Virus record (IMG/VR): IMGVR_UViG_3300035665_000033
Coordinates: 1 to 61,768 of that record
Direction: 5' to 3' (one strand)
Source: a virus
Lineage: Duplodnaviria; Caudoviricetes
Length of the DNA stretch: 61,768 nucleotides
Under the pieces are notes generated by a model. The model was given only the letters and a program-made list of their open reading frames with translations. It did no database searches and was not told the origin of the DNA. Of the stretch, positions 51,460 through 59,641 are shown in pieces (position 1 is the stretch's first letter; each line of letters begins with the position of its first letter). The position numbers and the translations under genes were made by a program.

Positions 51460-52095
51460 TTAGAAAGGCATCCCGTCGAAGTCGCTGTCGAGGAGCATGT
51501 CAGCAAAGGCTTCAGCCTTAGCTGAACGCTTAGCAGCAGGCTTAGCCTTCGGCTTAGCCTCGAGAGCAGCAACCCTAGCCTCAAGTGAGGTGATGTCGTT
51601 ACGAACTTCGTTCGTAGCTTCAGCGTTGGCCGATGCAAGCTCTGTAAGAGCTTGAAGGGCGGTCTGCATCCGAAGCATAGCTTCGTTGGACTTAGCATTC
51701 ACCTTCGGTGAAGCGACTGCTGTCTCACGCTTGGCGTTACGCTCAGCAGCCTCGGCTTGTTGCTTTGCAACACGGTCAGCAGCCACAGCTTTGTCGGCTT
51801 TGGTCACAGCAAACCCCTTTGGGGTTGCTGCTGCAATCTCCTGTTTGTCAGCAATCTTCTCCGTAGGAGAAGGCTTGGTGGTCTTCACAGGCTTGGCCTG
51901 ACGCTTAGCAGCTTTAGCTGCTTGAGGCTTGGCCTTGGCAACCTTGTTCCCTTCGGGAACGTCGATGGCTGAGATGGACGATGCCAACTCCATAAGGAGT
52001 TGTAGGGCATGGTCCTTGCGCTCTGCGGTGGGACGGCAGGACAGGGCGTTGACAGTTGACCGAAGGTCAGAGAGGAGGGTGGTGTAGTTCAGCAT
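51460..52095 (-). CDS. First early gene: Ala/Lys-rich protein with acidic DFDGMPF tail
   Basis: Histone H1-like AK/PK tracts and coiled coil; ATG (MLNYTT) downstream of the promoter at 52141-52173. Confidence 0.7.
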   Translation of the reverse strand: MLNYTTLLSDLRSTVNALSCRPTAERKDHALQLLMELASSISAIDVPEGNKVAKAKPQAAKAAKRQAKPVKTTKPSPTEKIADKQEIAAATPKGFAVTKADKAVAADRVAKQQAEAAERNAKRETAVASPKVNAKSNEAMLRMQTALQALTELASANAEATNEVRNDITSLEARVAALEAKPKAKPAAKRSAKAEAFADMLLDSDFDGMPF

Positions 52096-52140
52096 AGCTG
52101 AGGTTGATTTGATTCGGCTCCAACAGCGAAACCGATGGCC

Positions 52141-52173
52141 CAAAGGTACTACGGCGAATCCCAGAATTCCAAA
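52141..52173 (-). promoter_or_regulatory. Early promoter TTTG-N21-TACCTTTG
   Basis: Full -33/-7 consensus. Confidence 0.8.
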
Positions 52174-52206
52174 CAAAATTCCGATTATTTTTTCCTGATA
52201 AAAAAG

Positions 52207-52230
52207 TTAATACCCCTTTAGGGGTATTAA
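52207..52230. repeat. Perfect inverted repeat TTAATACCCCT-TT-AGGGGTATTAA
   Basis: 11-bp arms read directly. Confidence 0.9.
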
Positions 52231-52716
52231 AAGACCCCATCAGATCGCGCAGGCGTAGCGCAAGCAGGTGCAGGCGATGTGTGTGCGCGTGACGTGACGT
52301 GATGCCCGCATGATGCAGCCGCGATGCCAGCGTGACGCCCGTGTGCACTCCCCCCTGACGTGAGGTCTGAGCAGGAAGGTTTAGGTGAGGTTTTGTTCCT
52401 TGCTGAAAACCAGCTGAATACAACGACTTTCTTGCAGTTCTGCTTCAACCAAAGGTGCTTAACTTCCTCAGATTCAGTCAAAAAGCTGAAAAGTATGATG
52501 AATTAAGCTGAAAGCTTAGGGGACGGGGTCTCGCGTTTGCGTTTCGGGTTGCGTTACGTGACGTCATGTATGTGGCGGAATCCCCAACCCCTGTATAACT
52601 CGGTAAAATTTACACTCGTATGGTGAACGAGGGCAAAAAACGTGGAATTTTACTCTCGTTAGGATCTGTGAATAAAAAGGCCCACACACCTACTTGACTT
52701 TTACCCAAAAAAGTTG

Positions 52717-52724
52717 TAACTTTG
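52717..52724 (+). promoter_or_regulatory. -7 promoter box TAACTTTG with upstream TTG
   Basis: Consensus match at the right edge of the non-coding region. Confidence 0.6.
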
Positions 52725-52832
52725 CTACGCTTCTTTAGCTAAGAAAGCTGCGGGGGGCTTGCTAGAGCCCCGCTTGCTAGAATGCAAAGTAGTTGTGGAA
52801 GCGGTGCTTTGCGTCTTTTGTATATTTGCACT

Positions 52833-53222
52833 ATGAAGTGCATGAAATATAGCAATGGCGGTGGTGTAGATCGCCCAAAGAGACGTAGTAAAGGCAGTCC
52901 TGCTGCTTCTCAAACCTCCGTTAATTTCGCCTCTGGTCCAATACCATCCTCTTGCAAGGGTGATGCAGCTCCAGAATCAGGGGCTGCTGGGGGCGGATCT
53001 GGCATAACGGTGAATAGAGGCAGTTCTGGCAATAGCAGAGCTAGTCAGCAGGCAGGTACGCTTAGCTCTAAGAAGCAGCTCGACAATAAAAGGGTTATTT
53101 CCGTGAAGGAGATGGCCAGGAAAAAAGAGAAAGAGCAGAAGCAAATGATGAGGGCTATGAAGAGATCTAAAAAGCCCCAGTCCAACCCCAGAACTCTTGG
53201 TGTTACTTCTAGCTTCAATTAA
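52833..53222 (+). CDS. Basic low-complexity protein (MKCMKYSNGG)
   Basis: ATG 4 nt after TATATTTG (52821-52828). Confidence 0.65.
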   Translation: MKCMKYSNGGGVDRPKRRSKGSPAASQTSVNFASGPIPSSCKGDAAPESGAAGGGSGITVNRGSSGNSRASQQAGTLSSKKQLDNKRVISVKEMARKKEKEQKQMMRAMKRSKKPQSNPRTLGVTSSFN

Positions 53223-53254
53223 GAGCAGATTAGTTTCTTAATTATATTTGCATC

Positions 53255-53629
53255 ATGAAGTGCGTAAAGAAATACAGCAATGGAGGCAAGACTGACAAAA
53301 AGGGTCCTGCTCTGACTAAGCCTACTGCGGTTTGGCCATTCTCTACTACAGACGTAAGCCCTGTGACTGGACAGTTGCAATACCCAAAGAATACCCCTGA
53401 GCTTCTTGCTGAACTTGAGAGAAGATCTAAAGCAAAAGAAAAGGTAGATAAGTACTGGGCTGAAAAGAAGAAGAGAGAGGAACTCATGAAGAGCGGTAAA
53501 CCCACTCCTTCTTACTACATGGGTGGGGTAGTTCCATCTACTCATTACCTGAACAAGATGAATTCTAAAAAAACAAACGAAGCTCAACCGACTGAAGACC
53601 TGAAATCTAAGTCTAAGATAAAGTTCTGA
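53255..53629 (+). CDS. Basic protein (MKCVKKYSNGG)
   Basis: ATG 4 nt after TATATTTG (53243-53250). Confidence 0.7.
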   Translation: MKCVKKYSNGGKTDKKGPALTKPTAVWPFSTTDVSPVTGQLQYPKNTPELLAELERRSKAKEKVDKYWAEKKKREELMKSGKPTPSYYMGGVVPSTHYLNKMNSKKTNEAQPTEDLKSKSKIKF

Positions 53630-53639
53630 TAGATCTACC

Positions 53640-55454
53640 ATGAGACCTGTAAAGAGAAATTCAGAAGGGGAAAAGGTTCGTCGGAAAGACAGGGGCAAAA
53701 TGCCCCTAATGGAGGTTGTTGGTGGGTCTGGCGATAGAGATAAAGTACGTCTTGAGCCAGTTGTTCGCGGAGGGAAGCCTCAGTACGTAGAGTCTACAAA
53801 CCAGCTTCTTCAGAACCTGGAGAATATGGCCTATGCCGACGAGATAAACAAAGGCGTAGACACTAAGATTTCTGCCGAAGAGTCAGCAAAAGCAAGAAAA
53901 AAGGCTGAAGAAGAGGCTGCTATACAGGCTAGATACGCAAGGCTAAAGGCGCTTGGGTATGATCCATCTGTTGATTTAAACGCAGAAATACCAGAGTCGC
54001 CAAGAGGCTACCTTCACTGGGATCAAATTACTCCTGGCAGGGCTACCCGAGCGCTTACTTATGCTGACGCTATAAACACGTATCCTTCAGCCGCAACACA
54101 AGAGGAACTGTTTCAGTTGTTTCAAAGCGATCCAGCTTTAGCAGAGCTGTGGGCTAATAGCGCAGAGAATCAAAGGTTTTACGAAGCTCAGAGAGGAGCG
54201 GCCACGAGAAGAGCCACTCAAACTAGGCAAGAGGTTGATCGTCAGTTTACTGGGATGCCTGAGTACAGGATGTCTGGTTACTATCCATGGGATAGCAACC
54301 CCAATCTAACCACTGTATTGTTAAGGCCTCCAGATTACGGAGATGAATTTGCAAAAAGGCCAAGTCAAGAATTTTTGAATTCAACTTTAGTTACGGATAA
54401 ATATGCTCCAGTAGATGTACACACTGGTAAACCAGCCAGAATACAACCATCTGATCCAACGGTAAATAGAATCGCGCCAGCGCAAGAGCACTCAACCATA
54501 CATGTTTGGAATCCTGTGGATTATAGAGGTGAGGCTAGCAACGATGGTCTAAAATGGCAGCCTGACGTAACGGGCTGGAAGAGTCCGCAATATGTAGACG
54601 AACAAGGGAATCTTCATCCAGTTTCTAAACAGCGACCATCCATGCTTACTGATACTAGAGAAGATTATAGACAGTCAAGAGTCGGAAGATTTGATGCATA
54701 TATGAACTCTTTAATGTATAACAGCCCAGAAGAGTTTAATGACATATACGGACTGTTTCAAGTTGCAAAACAAGAGCTTCCCGAAGGGATGTTTAATGAT
54801 TTTGTAGCTTCATATATAGACCACGCTATATCTCCAGACGGTCATAGCTTCTCAGACCCTGGTGCCAACAGGTTTATGGCTTCTCAGGTAGGAAATACCC
54901 CTACGATGAGTGCCTGGGACAGAATGCCTGGTATAGTACAGGTGCCCGTTGTAAATCCAGATGGGTCAATAGGAAGTACTATCTTAAACGGAATGTCTCT
55001 TGGGTCATATATTGATGATGGAATACAGGACAATGAAAGAGGGAGATATTTTACGAGGGAGTTCACTGGTCACCCAACAAATGAAGAAGCATATAAATTC
55101 TTTGAAGATTACTACACAAATGTCCAGCCAGACGACAGGCTCTGGTTAACATACCCAGCTTTAGATGTGACAAGACCAAATGACCCGATGGCCATGAGGG
55201 ATCCTCAATATATAGGGGCAAGACAAATACATAGATACCCAGCAATTCTTTTTAACGAAGAAGGTGGACTTAACGCACCTACTATGCTTCTTAATGCTGG
55301 AAATGAGACAGTCGTACAAGACAAAGAAGGAGTCCAAGGAGCTAAAGTAGTAAAAAGAAAAGATCTTTATCAAGCGGTAGCAGATAAATACCGAAACAGA
55401 ACTTTTCAGACCAACAACGGTACAAGTCGTGTTAAAATTTGGAACGGTCTTTAA
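53640..55454 (+). CDS. Hypothetical protein (604 aa)
   Basis: Long ORF; no motif recognised. Confidence 0.75.
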   Translation: MRPVKRNSEGEKVRRKDRGKMPLMEVVGGSGDRDKVRLEPVVRGGKPQYVESTNQLLQNLENMAYADEINKGVDTKISAEESAKARKKAEEEAAIQARYARLKALGYDPSVDLNAEIPESPRGYLHWDQITPGRATRALTYADAINTYPSAATQEELFQLFQSDPALAELWANSAENQRFYEAQRGAATRRATQTRQEVDRQFTGMPEYRMSGYYPWDSNPNLTTVLLRPPDYGDEFAKRPSQEFLNSTLVTDKYAPVDVHTGKPARIQPSDPTVNRIAPAQEHSTIHVWNPVDYRGEASNDGLKWQPDVTGWKSPQYVDEQGNLHPVSKQRPSMLTDTREDYRQSRVGRFDAYMNSLMYNSPEEFNDIYGLFQVAKQELPEGMFNDFVASYIDHAISPDGHSFSDPGANRFMASQVGNTPTMSAWDRMPGIVQVPVVNPDGSIGSTILNGMSLGSYIDDGIQDNERGRYFTREFTGHPTNEEAYKFFEDYYTNVQPDDRLWLTYPALDVTRPNDPMAMRDPQYIGARQIHRYPAILFNEEGGLNAPTMLLNAGNETVVQDKEGVQGAKVVKRKDLYQAVADKYRNRTFQTNNGTSRVKIWNGL

Positions 55455-55473
55455 ACACACAAAAACATAAACC

Positions 55474-55635
55474 ATGAAAAACCCTACTAAAAAAGCAATG
55501 AGACTTGCAGACAAAGCCTGGAAGCTCGAAGACAAGTCAGAAAGAGTGGCCAATGCTGGTCAAGGAAACATGAAAAGAGCGTCTAGAATTATGGCTAGAT
55601 CTCAAAAAGCACTTATGAAGTCACTCAAAAAATGA
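55474..55635 (+). CDS. Small basic protein (53 aa, not in ORF track)
   Basis: MKNPTKKAMRLADKAWK...; A-rich leader; ATGA overlap downstream. Confidence 0.55.
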   Translation: MKNPTKKAMRLADKAWKLEDKSERVANAGQGNMKRASRIMARSQKALMKSLKK

Positions 55636-55781
55636 TTATAAAAAAGAAGAGCGGTGTGTATCGTGTCGTCTCTTCTAAAGGAAGAAATTTGGGCGAGTCA
55701 AAAACCCTAAAAGAGGCAAAGGACCGCCTTAGACAGGTTGAGTTTTTTAAGTATCTTAGCAGACAGAAAAACAAGAGATAA
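55632..55781 (+). CDS. Small basic protein (49 aa, not in ORF track)
   Basis: MIIKKKSGVYRVVSSKGRNLG...RLRQVEFFK; TAATG overlap downstream. Confidence 0.6.
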   Translation: MIIKKKSGVYRVVSSKGRNLGESKTLKEAKDRLRQVEFFKYLSRQKNKR

Positions 55782-56260
55782 TGTTCAACAAGAATTACAA
55801 CTACGGCGGGAAGATGATGCGCTTCAACGAGGGTGGAGGCATGGAAGCCATGATGAGAGGCATGCAGCAGCCTCAACCCGCTGCTGGTGACCCTAAAAAA
55901 CCTGAATTCATGATGACGGGACAGTATGCTTCCCCAGTTATGGTGGAGGGAGACAGAGAGTACGTTATGTATGACACAGGAGTACCTGGTCAGCCACCAA
56001 TAAAGGTGTATGGCGTGTGGAACGAATACGCCGTAGCTAGAGATGAAGAAGGAAACGACTTGATCGCTGACGAAGACTACCCAATCAGAAAGAACGAAAG
56101 CGGAGATTATGAGCTGGATACAGAGTACTATGAGGCTACTGGTCCAGACGTGAATTCCTCTGAAAGAGCTATGGTTGGCAGGGCCATGGGAAAGGGCGCT
56201 CCAAATACCCAAATGTTGCTTGATATGCTCTCTAAAAGCCGTGGTCCTGGCATGAGATGA
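55781..56260 (+). CDS. Hypothetical protein with YxxGG/FxxGG motifs
   Basis: 159 aa. Confidence 0.65.
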   Translation: MFNKNYNYGGKMMRFNEGGGMEAMMRGMQQPQPAAGDPKKPEFMMTGQYASPVMVEGDREYVMYDTGVPGQPPIKVYGVWNEYAVARDEEGNDLIADEDYPIRKNESGDYELDTEYYEATGPDVNSSERAMVGRAMGKGAPNTQMLLDMLSKSRGPGMR

Positions 56261-56332
56261 GCAGGGGATACTTCAACCCTTCCATCAAGAGAGTAAACCC
56301 AGCTAAAATAGCTTACAATAATTCAATTAAAA

Positions 56333-56791
56333 ATGCAGCTAAGCAAAAATCTATCCCTGAAAGAAGTTGTAAAGTCGATTACAGCGGAAAGACTGGGGAT
56401 AAAAAACATTCCAAGCAAAGAGGAGATTAACAACCTTATAGATATAGCTCAAAATGTTTTTCAGCCCTTACGAGATCACTTCAATGTACCGATTGCAGTC
56501 TCCTCAGGATACAGGTGCAAAAAGCTCAACAAAGCAGTCGGCGGGAGCAAGACGTCAGAGCATATGGAGGGCCGTGCGATCGACCTTGACGCAGATACTT
56601 TTGGTGGCGTCACAAACAAAGAGATTTTTGACTACATCAAGAACAACCTCGAATTCAACCAACTGATTTGGGAGTTTGGGGATGACGATAACCCAGCTTG
56701 GGTACACGTATCTTACAACAAGCACAGAAACGCTAAGAGAGTCCTGCGTGCTCAGAAGCTCGACGGAGTAACTGTTTACAGATTGATATAA
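56333..56791 (+). CDS. Peptidase M15A endolysin
   Basis: SSGYRC..LN.AVGG...SEH..G.AID...WVHVSY. Confidence 0.85.
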   Translation: MQLSKNLSLKEVVKSITAERLGIKNIPSKEEINNLIDIAQNVFQPLRDHFNVPIAVSSGYRCKKLNKAVGGSKTSEHMEGRAIDLDADTFGGVTNKEIFDYIKNNLEFNQLIWEFGDDDNPAWVHVSYNKHRNAKRVLRAQKLDGVTVYRLI

Positions 56792-56934
56792 TGGCAAAGG
56801 CAAAATCAGGGTCTAGGGCAGAAGCAAAAATGGTGCTTAACCCAAAGAAGAACCACGGAAGGCACGCGAAGAGAAAATCTACCAATAAGAACTCTTCAAC
56901 CTACGATAAGGCATACGGGGGCCAAGGAAGGTGA
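56791..56934 (+). CDS. Small basic protein ending YGGQGR (47 aa, not in ORF track)
   Basis: TAATG overlap; Lys/Arg-rich. Confidence 0.6.
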   Translation: MAKAKSGSRAEAKMVLNPKKNHGRHAKRKSTNKNSSTYDKAYGGQGR

Positions 56935-56938
56935 CTCT

Positions 56939-57358
56939 TTACTCGAATAGGCTATAGAAACGCTGCACAGCTAGCCTTGCCTTCTGAGTGATAGCATACC
57001 TAACCCTGTAGTTAAACTTAGTCTCACCTCTGAATAGCTGATCTTCGTACAACTTGGAAGACGTAAGCTTGTCGAAATGCTTATATATATAACCAGAATT
57101 CATAAGAGGATATACCAGCCTGTTCGATAAGTTAGACTGGTTCATTTCATAGTCCTCGCTAGCAAATTTTAAAGTAAAAAACTCTAAGTCATAAGCCCAC
57201 AAAAGGAACTCCAGCTCACTCTGAGATATGTCTGAAGATTCTAGGAACTTAATCCTATTCTGCTTCAGTCTTTTCATGTGATTCTTGCCTATGAAGTATG
57301 GCTTCATATGAGAAAAATCTCTGAACATCCTTTTCTTTGTGACTCTGGACTTAGGCAT
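56939..57358 (-). CDS. Winged-helix (MarR-like) DNA-binding protein
   Basis: ISQSELEFLLW...LMNSGYI...YAITQKAR; only minus-strand gene in this block. Confidence 0.6.
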   Translation of the reverse strand: MPKSRVTKKRMFRDFSHMKPYFIGKNHMKRLKQNRIKFLESSDISQSELEFLLWAYDLEFFTLKFASEDYEMNQSNLSNRLVYPLMNSGYIYKHFDKLTSSKLYEDQLFRGETKFNYRVRYAITQKARLAVQRFYSLFE

Positions 57359-57366
57359 ATTGAAGT

Positions 57367-57384
57367 TATCTTTGACCAAATTTA
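57367..57384. promoter_or_regulatory. Interlocked opposing -7 boxes TATCTTTG-AC-CAAATTTA
   Basis: Plus-strand TATCTTTG (57367-74) and minus-strand TAAATTTG (57377-84) in a 30-bp divergent gap. Confidence 0.65.
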
Positions 57385-57388
57385 AGCC

Positions 57389-57688
57389 ATGAATAAGAAT
57401 CAAGACGAATTTTTCAGAGAGATCAAGAAGCTTGTCTCTAGAATAGAAGCTTTGGTAGATAAGTACGACATGGAAGACAGGTTTATTTGCGCTGCCATGT
57501 ATGGACTTATAGACGAAGACACAAGGGATGATGACGACGATGTAAGCGTTGGCGCTTCATATCACTTCTCAGTTCAGGACGAAGTTGAACTTCAAGCCGT
57601 ATCCATAATGATGCAGAAAGCATACTCTGCTATGACTGGAAATGACAAACTTAGAGGTATCTTTAATTCCGACTCAAGCTTGAACTAA
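57389..57688 (+). CDS. Hypothetical acidic protein
   Basis: 99 aa. Confidence 0.65.
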   Translation: MNKNQDEFFREIKKLVSRIEALVDKYDMEDRFICAAMYGLIDEDTRDDDDDVSVGASYHFSVQDEVELQAVSIMMQKAYSAMTGNDKLRGIFNSDSSLN

Positions 57689-57927
57689 TGTCTGGTTTTA
57701 TAAGAAAGATCATAACAGGCAGAGACCCTAAAACAGACGGAATGGCCTATTCTATAGGCATGAAAGTCGGAAAAGGATCTGTGTGCTCTATTGTCTTTCA
57801 GGATAACGATTTTGACATGTACGGTGTTTCTAGATACATAGTCTACGTACAGGAGCCCGATGGTCAAGTGGCGTGGAAGTTGATCGAAAACATGCCTTGC
57901 ATAGTGGAATACGACTTAGATTTTTGA
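57688..57927 (+). CDS. Hypothetical protein
   Basis: IRKI..G.DPK...MAY..G...WK...NMPCIVEYD. Confidence 0.7.
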   Translation: MSGFIRKIITGRDPKTDGMAYSIGMKVGKGSVCSIVFQDNDFDMYGVSRYIVYVQEPDGQVAWKLIENMPCIVEYDLDF

Positions 57928-57928
57928 C

Positions 57929-58513
57929 ATGAGATCACTCGATTCATTCATCGTTAAAATCCCAAAGCGGTTTAACGACACCATTGAGCTGGCCAACGGC
58001 ATGAGCCTTTACGTAGACACCAGATTTGACGAGTTTAAGCACAGAGTAAATGAAGCGGAGATCATCAGCGTGCCTTATAGGTTTAGTACTGGCGCTTCTC
58101 CTGGCGATACACTATACTTCCACCACCACGTAGTGGTGAATGATGGTCAGCCGATCACTGGAGAGGAGGATACGTATATGGTGAAGTATTCTGAGCAGGC
58201 CGTAGAGAACCAGGCCATAGCTTATAGGCCAGCAAATACTAAAGACGTCATCCCAATCGGAGGGTGGACCGTTCTTTCGCCAGTTGCAGACGAAGAAGAG
58301 TTGAAGTCCGATATTCTTCAGCTAGTAAAGCTGAAAGAGAAACCCTTTAGCAAGGGGAAGGTGGCCTATAATGTAAGACGTTTGCAAGATTTAGGTGTGA
58401 AGGTGGGGGATGTAGTTGGTTTCAACCCTAAATTTGGCTACAAGTTCAAGATAGACGGAGAAGTTTACTTGAGAATCAGGCTAATTGACCTCTTATATGT
58501 CGAAAACGATTGA
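57929..58513 (+). CDS. GroES-like co-chaperonin (tandem domain)
   Basis: PGDTLYFHH and GVKVGDVVGF...FKIDGEVY GroES-like repeats. Confidence 0.65.
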   Translation: MRSLDSFIVKIPKRFNDTIELANGMSLYVDTRFDEFKHRVNEAEIISVPYRFSTGASPGDTLYFHHHVVVNDGQPITGEEDTYMVKYSEQAVENQAIAYRPANTKDVIPIGGWTVLSPVADEEELKSDILQLVKLKEKPFSKGKVAYNVRRLQDLGVKVGDVVGFNPKFGYKFKIDGEVYLRIRLIDLLYVEND

Positions 58514-58790
58514 GTTCTCCAACGCAGATGCAGCTAAGCGCCTTATGGACGCTATGTCTCAGGCCATCAACAACATGATAGAGGAGATAAAGAAGCCTGT
58601 AGACCCCGAAGCTGGCGGTAGCGCTAGGAAAGCAGAGCTTCAGTCCATAAAACAGACGGCTATAGACTGCAAAGAGCTTATAGTGGAGCGTCAAAGACTA
58701 CAAGAGTTGGTAAACGAGTTGAATTCAGGAACCCAAATTGAATCAAATAAAGATTATGCAGGAGGATTTGCAGAAAAATTTTCAAAGTGA
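58497..58790 (+). CDS. Possible terminase small subunit
   Basis: Helical 97-aa protein ending FAEKFSK in the operon upstream of terL; positional inference. Confidence 0.45.
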   Translation: MSKTIEFSNADAAKRLMDAMSQAINNMIEEIKKPVDPEAGGSARKAELQSIKQTAIDCKELIVERQRLQELVNELNSGTQIESNKDYAGGFAEKFSK

Positions 58791-59136
58791 AGCGTTCTAC
58801 GGAGTAGAAGCTAGCGTTGTCGTAAATAAAAAGAGAACGTTCGATGAACTTGTTGAACTTGTTGGCGATTGGGCTCATAATAAGGGCCTTTTACTGGAAC
58901 ATAACTCAACTAGACAGATGCTTAAGGTCGTAGAGGAGGTTGGGGAGGTAGCTGGATCTCTAGCCAAGGGTAACAGAGACGACCTCATAGACGCTATAGG
59001 CGATAGTTTCGTCACGCTTATCATCCTTGCCAAGCAGATGAGCATAGATCCAGACTATGCCCTCGGCGTTGCATATGATACTATCAAGAACAGGACTGGA
59101 CGCACGGAAAATGGTGTGTTCATAAAAAATTCTTGA
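58756..59136 (+). CDS. MazG-like NTP pyrophosphohydrolase
   Basis: QMLKVVEEVGE...DAIGD..VTL...AY..IKNR.G. Confidence 0.85.
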   Translation: MQEDLQKNFQSEAFYGVEASVVVNKKRTFDELVELVGDWAHNKGLLLEHNSTRQMLKVVEEVGEVAGSLAKGNRDDLIDAIGDSFVTLIILAKQMSIDPDYALGVAYDTIKNRTGRTENGVFIKNS

Positions 59137-59154
59137 CATATCGGCATTTGTCCG

Positions 59155-59162
59155 TAGATTTG
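59155..59162 (+). promoter_or_regulatory. -7 promoter box TAGATTTG (membrane protein + tRNA cluster)
   Basis: Consensus match in intergenic gap. Confidence 0.55.
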
Positions 59163-59187
59163 TGGTCTTAACGGAAACCCTCAATAT

Positions 59188-59466
59188 ATGCTTGACACTC
59201 TTGTAACTGTGGTTGATTCGTTGCCAGTGGCAATGGACACCATTGCGGCTGTTGCAGATACTGCAACGGTTGCTCAAACGGCACCGAACGAAGCGGTCGC
59301 TGAGTCTGGATGGTTCACGCCTGGAATCATTCCCGAACTTCTCATCGTCTTGATGGCGGTAGTGAAAATTGTTGTCAACCTAACCCCCACGGAGAGAGAC
59401 AACAAAGTGTTTGGGTTGGTTGATTCCATGATCAACGCGATCATCCCAGACAGAAAAAAGGCCTAA
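59188..59466 (+). CDS. Small membrane protein (holin-like)
   Basis: Hydrophobic helix followed by LTPTERDN. Confidence 0.55.
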   Translation: MLDTLVTVVDSLPVAMDTIAAVADTATVAQTAPNEAVAESGWFTPGIIPELLIVLMAVVKIVVNLTPTERDNKVFGLVDSMINAIIPDRKKA

Positions 59467-59474
59467 CTGGCCTT

Positions 59475-59541
59475 GCCCTGTAAGCTCACGGGAGCCCCGA
59501 CTAATAATCGGACGCGGCAGGTTCGATTCCTGCACAGGGCG
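59475..59541 (+). tRNA. Atypical tRNA, anticodon AAT (Ile-like), minimal D loop
   Basis: GCCCTGT/ACAGGGC acceptor; GCTC-ACGG-GAGC; CCGA-CTAATAA-TCGG; GCAGG-TTCGATT-CCTGC. Confidence 0.7.
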
Positions 59542-59560
59542 CTACACCAATTCAATTAAA

Positions 59561-59635
59561 ATGATTTTTCACCTTTATTTCCATTTGCTGGCTGACCGCA
59601 TCGGCAACCAGGCTTGGTACCACCTGTACTTCTGA
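59561..59635 (+). CDS. 24-aa aromatic/His-rich peptide inside tRNA cluster
   Basis: MIFHLYFHLLADRIGNQAWYHLYF; AATTCAATTAAA leader like that of the endolysin. Confidence 0.4.
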   Translation: MIFHLYFHLLADRIGNQAWYHLYF

Positions 59636-59641
59636 TAACCT

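Noticed and set aside
51154-51698. ORF-track calls 51154..51345 and 51348..51698, and the many antisense ORFs inside long genes
   Set aside because: Shadow frames that overlap better-supported genes or span promoters.
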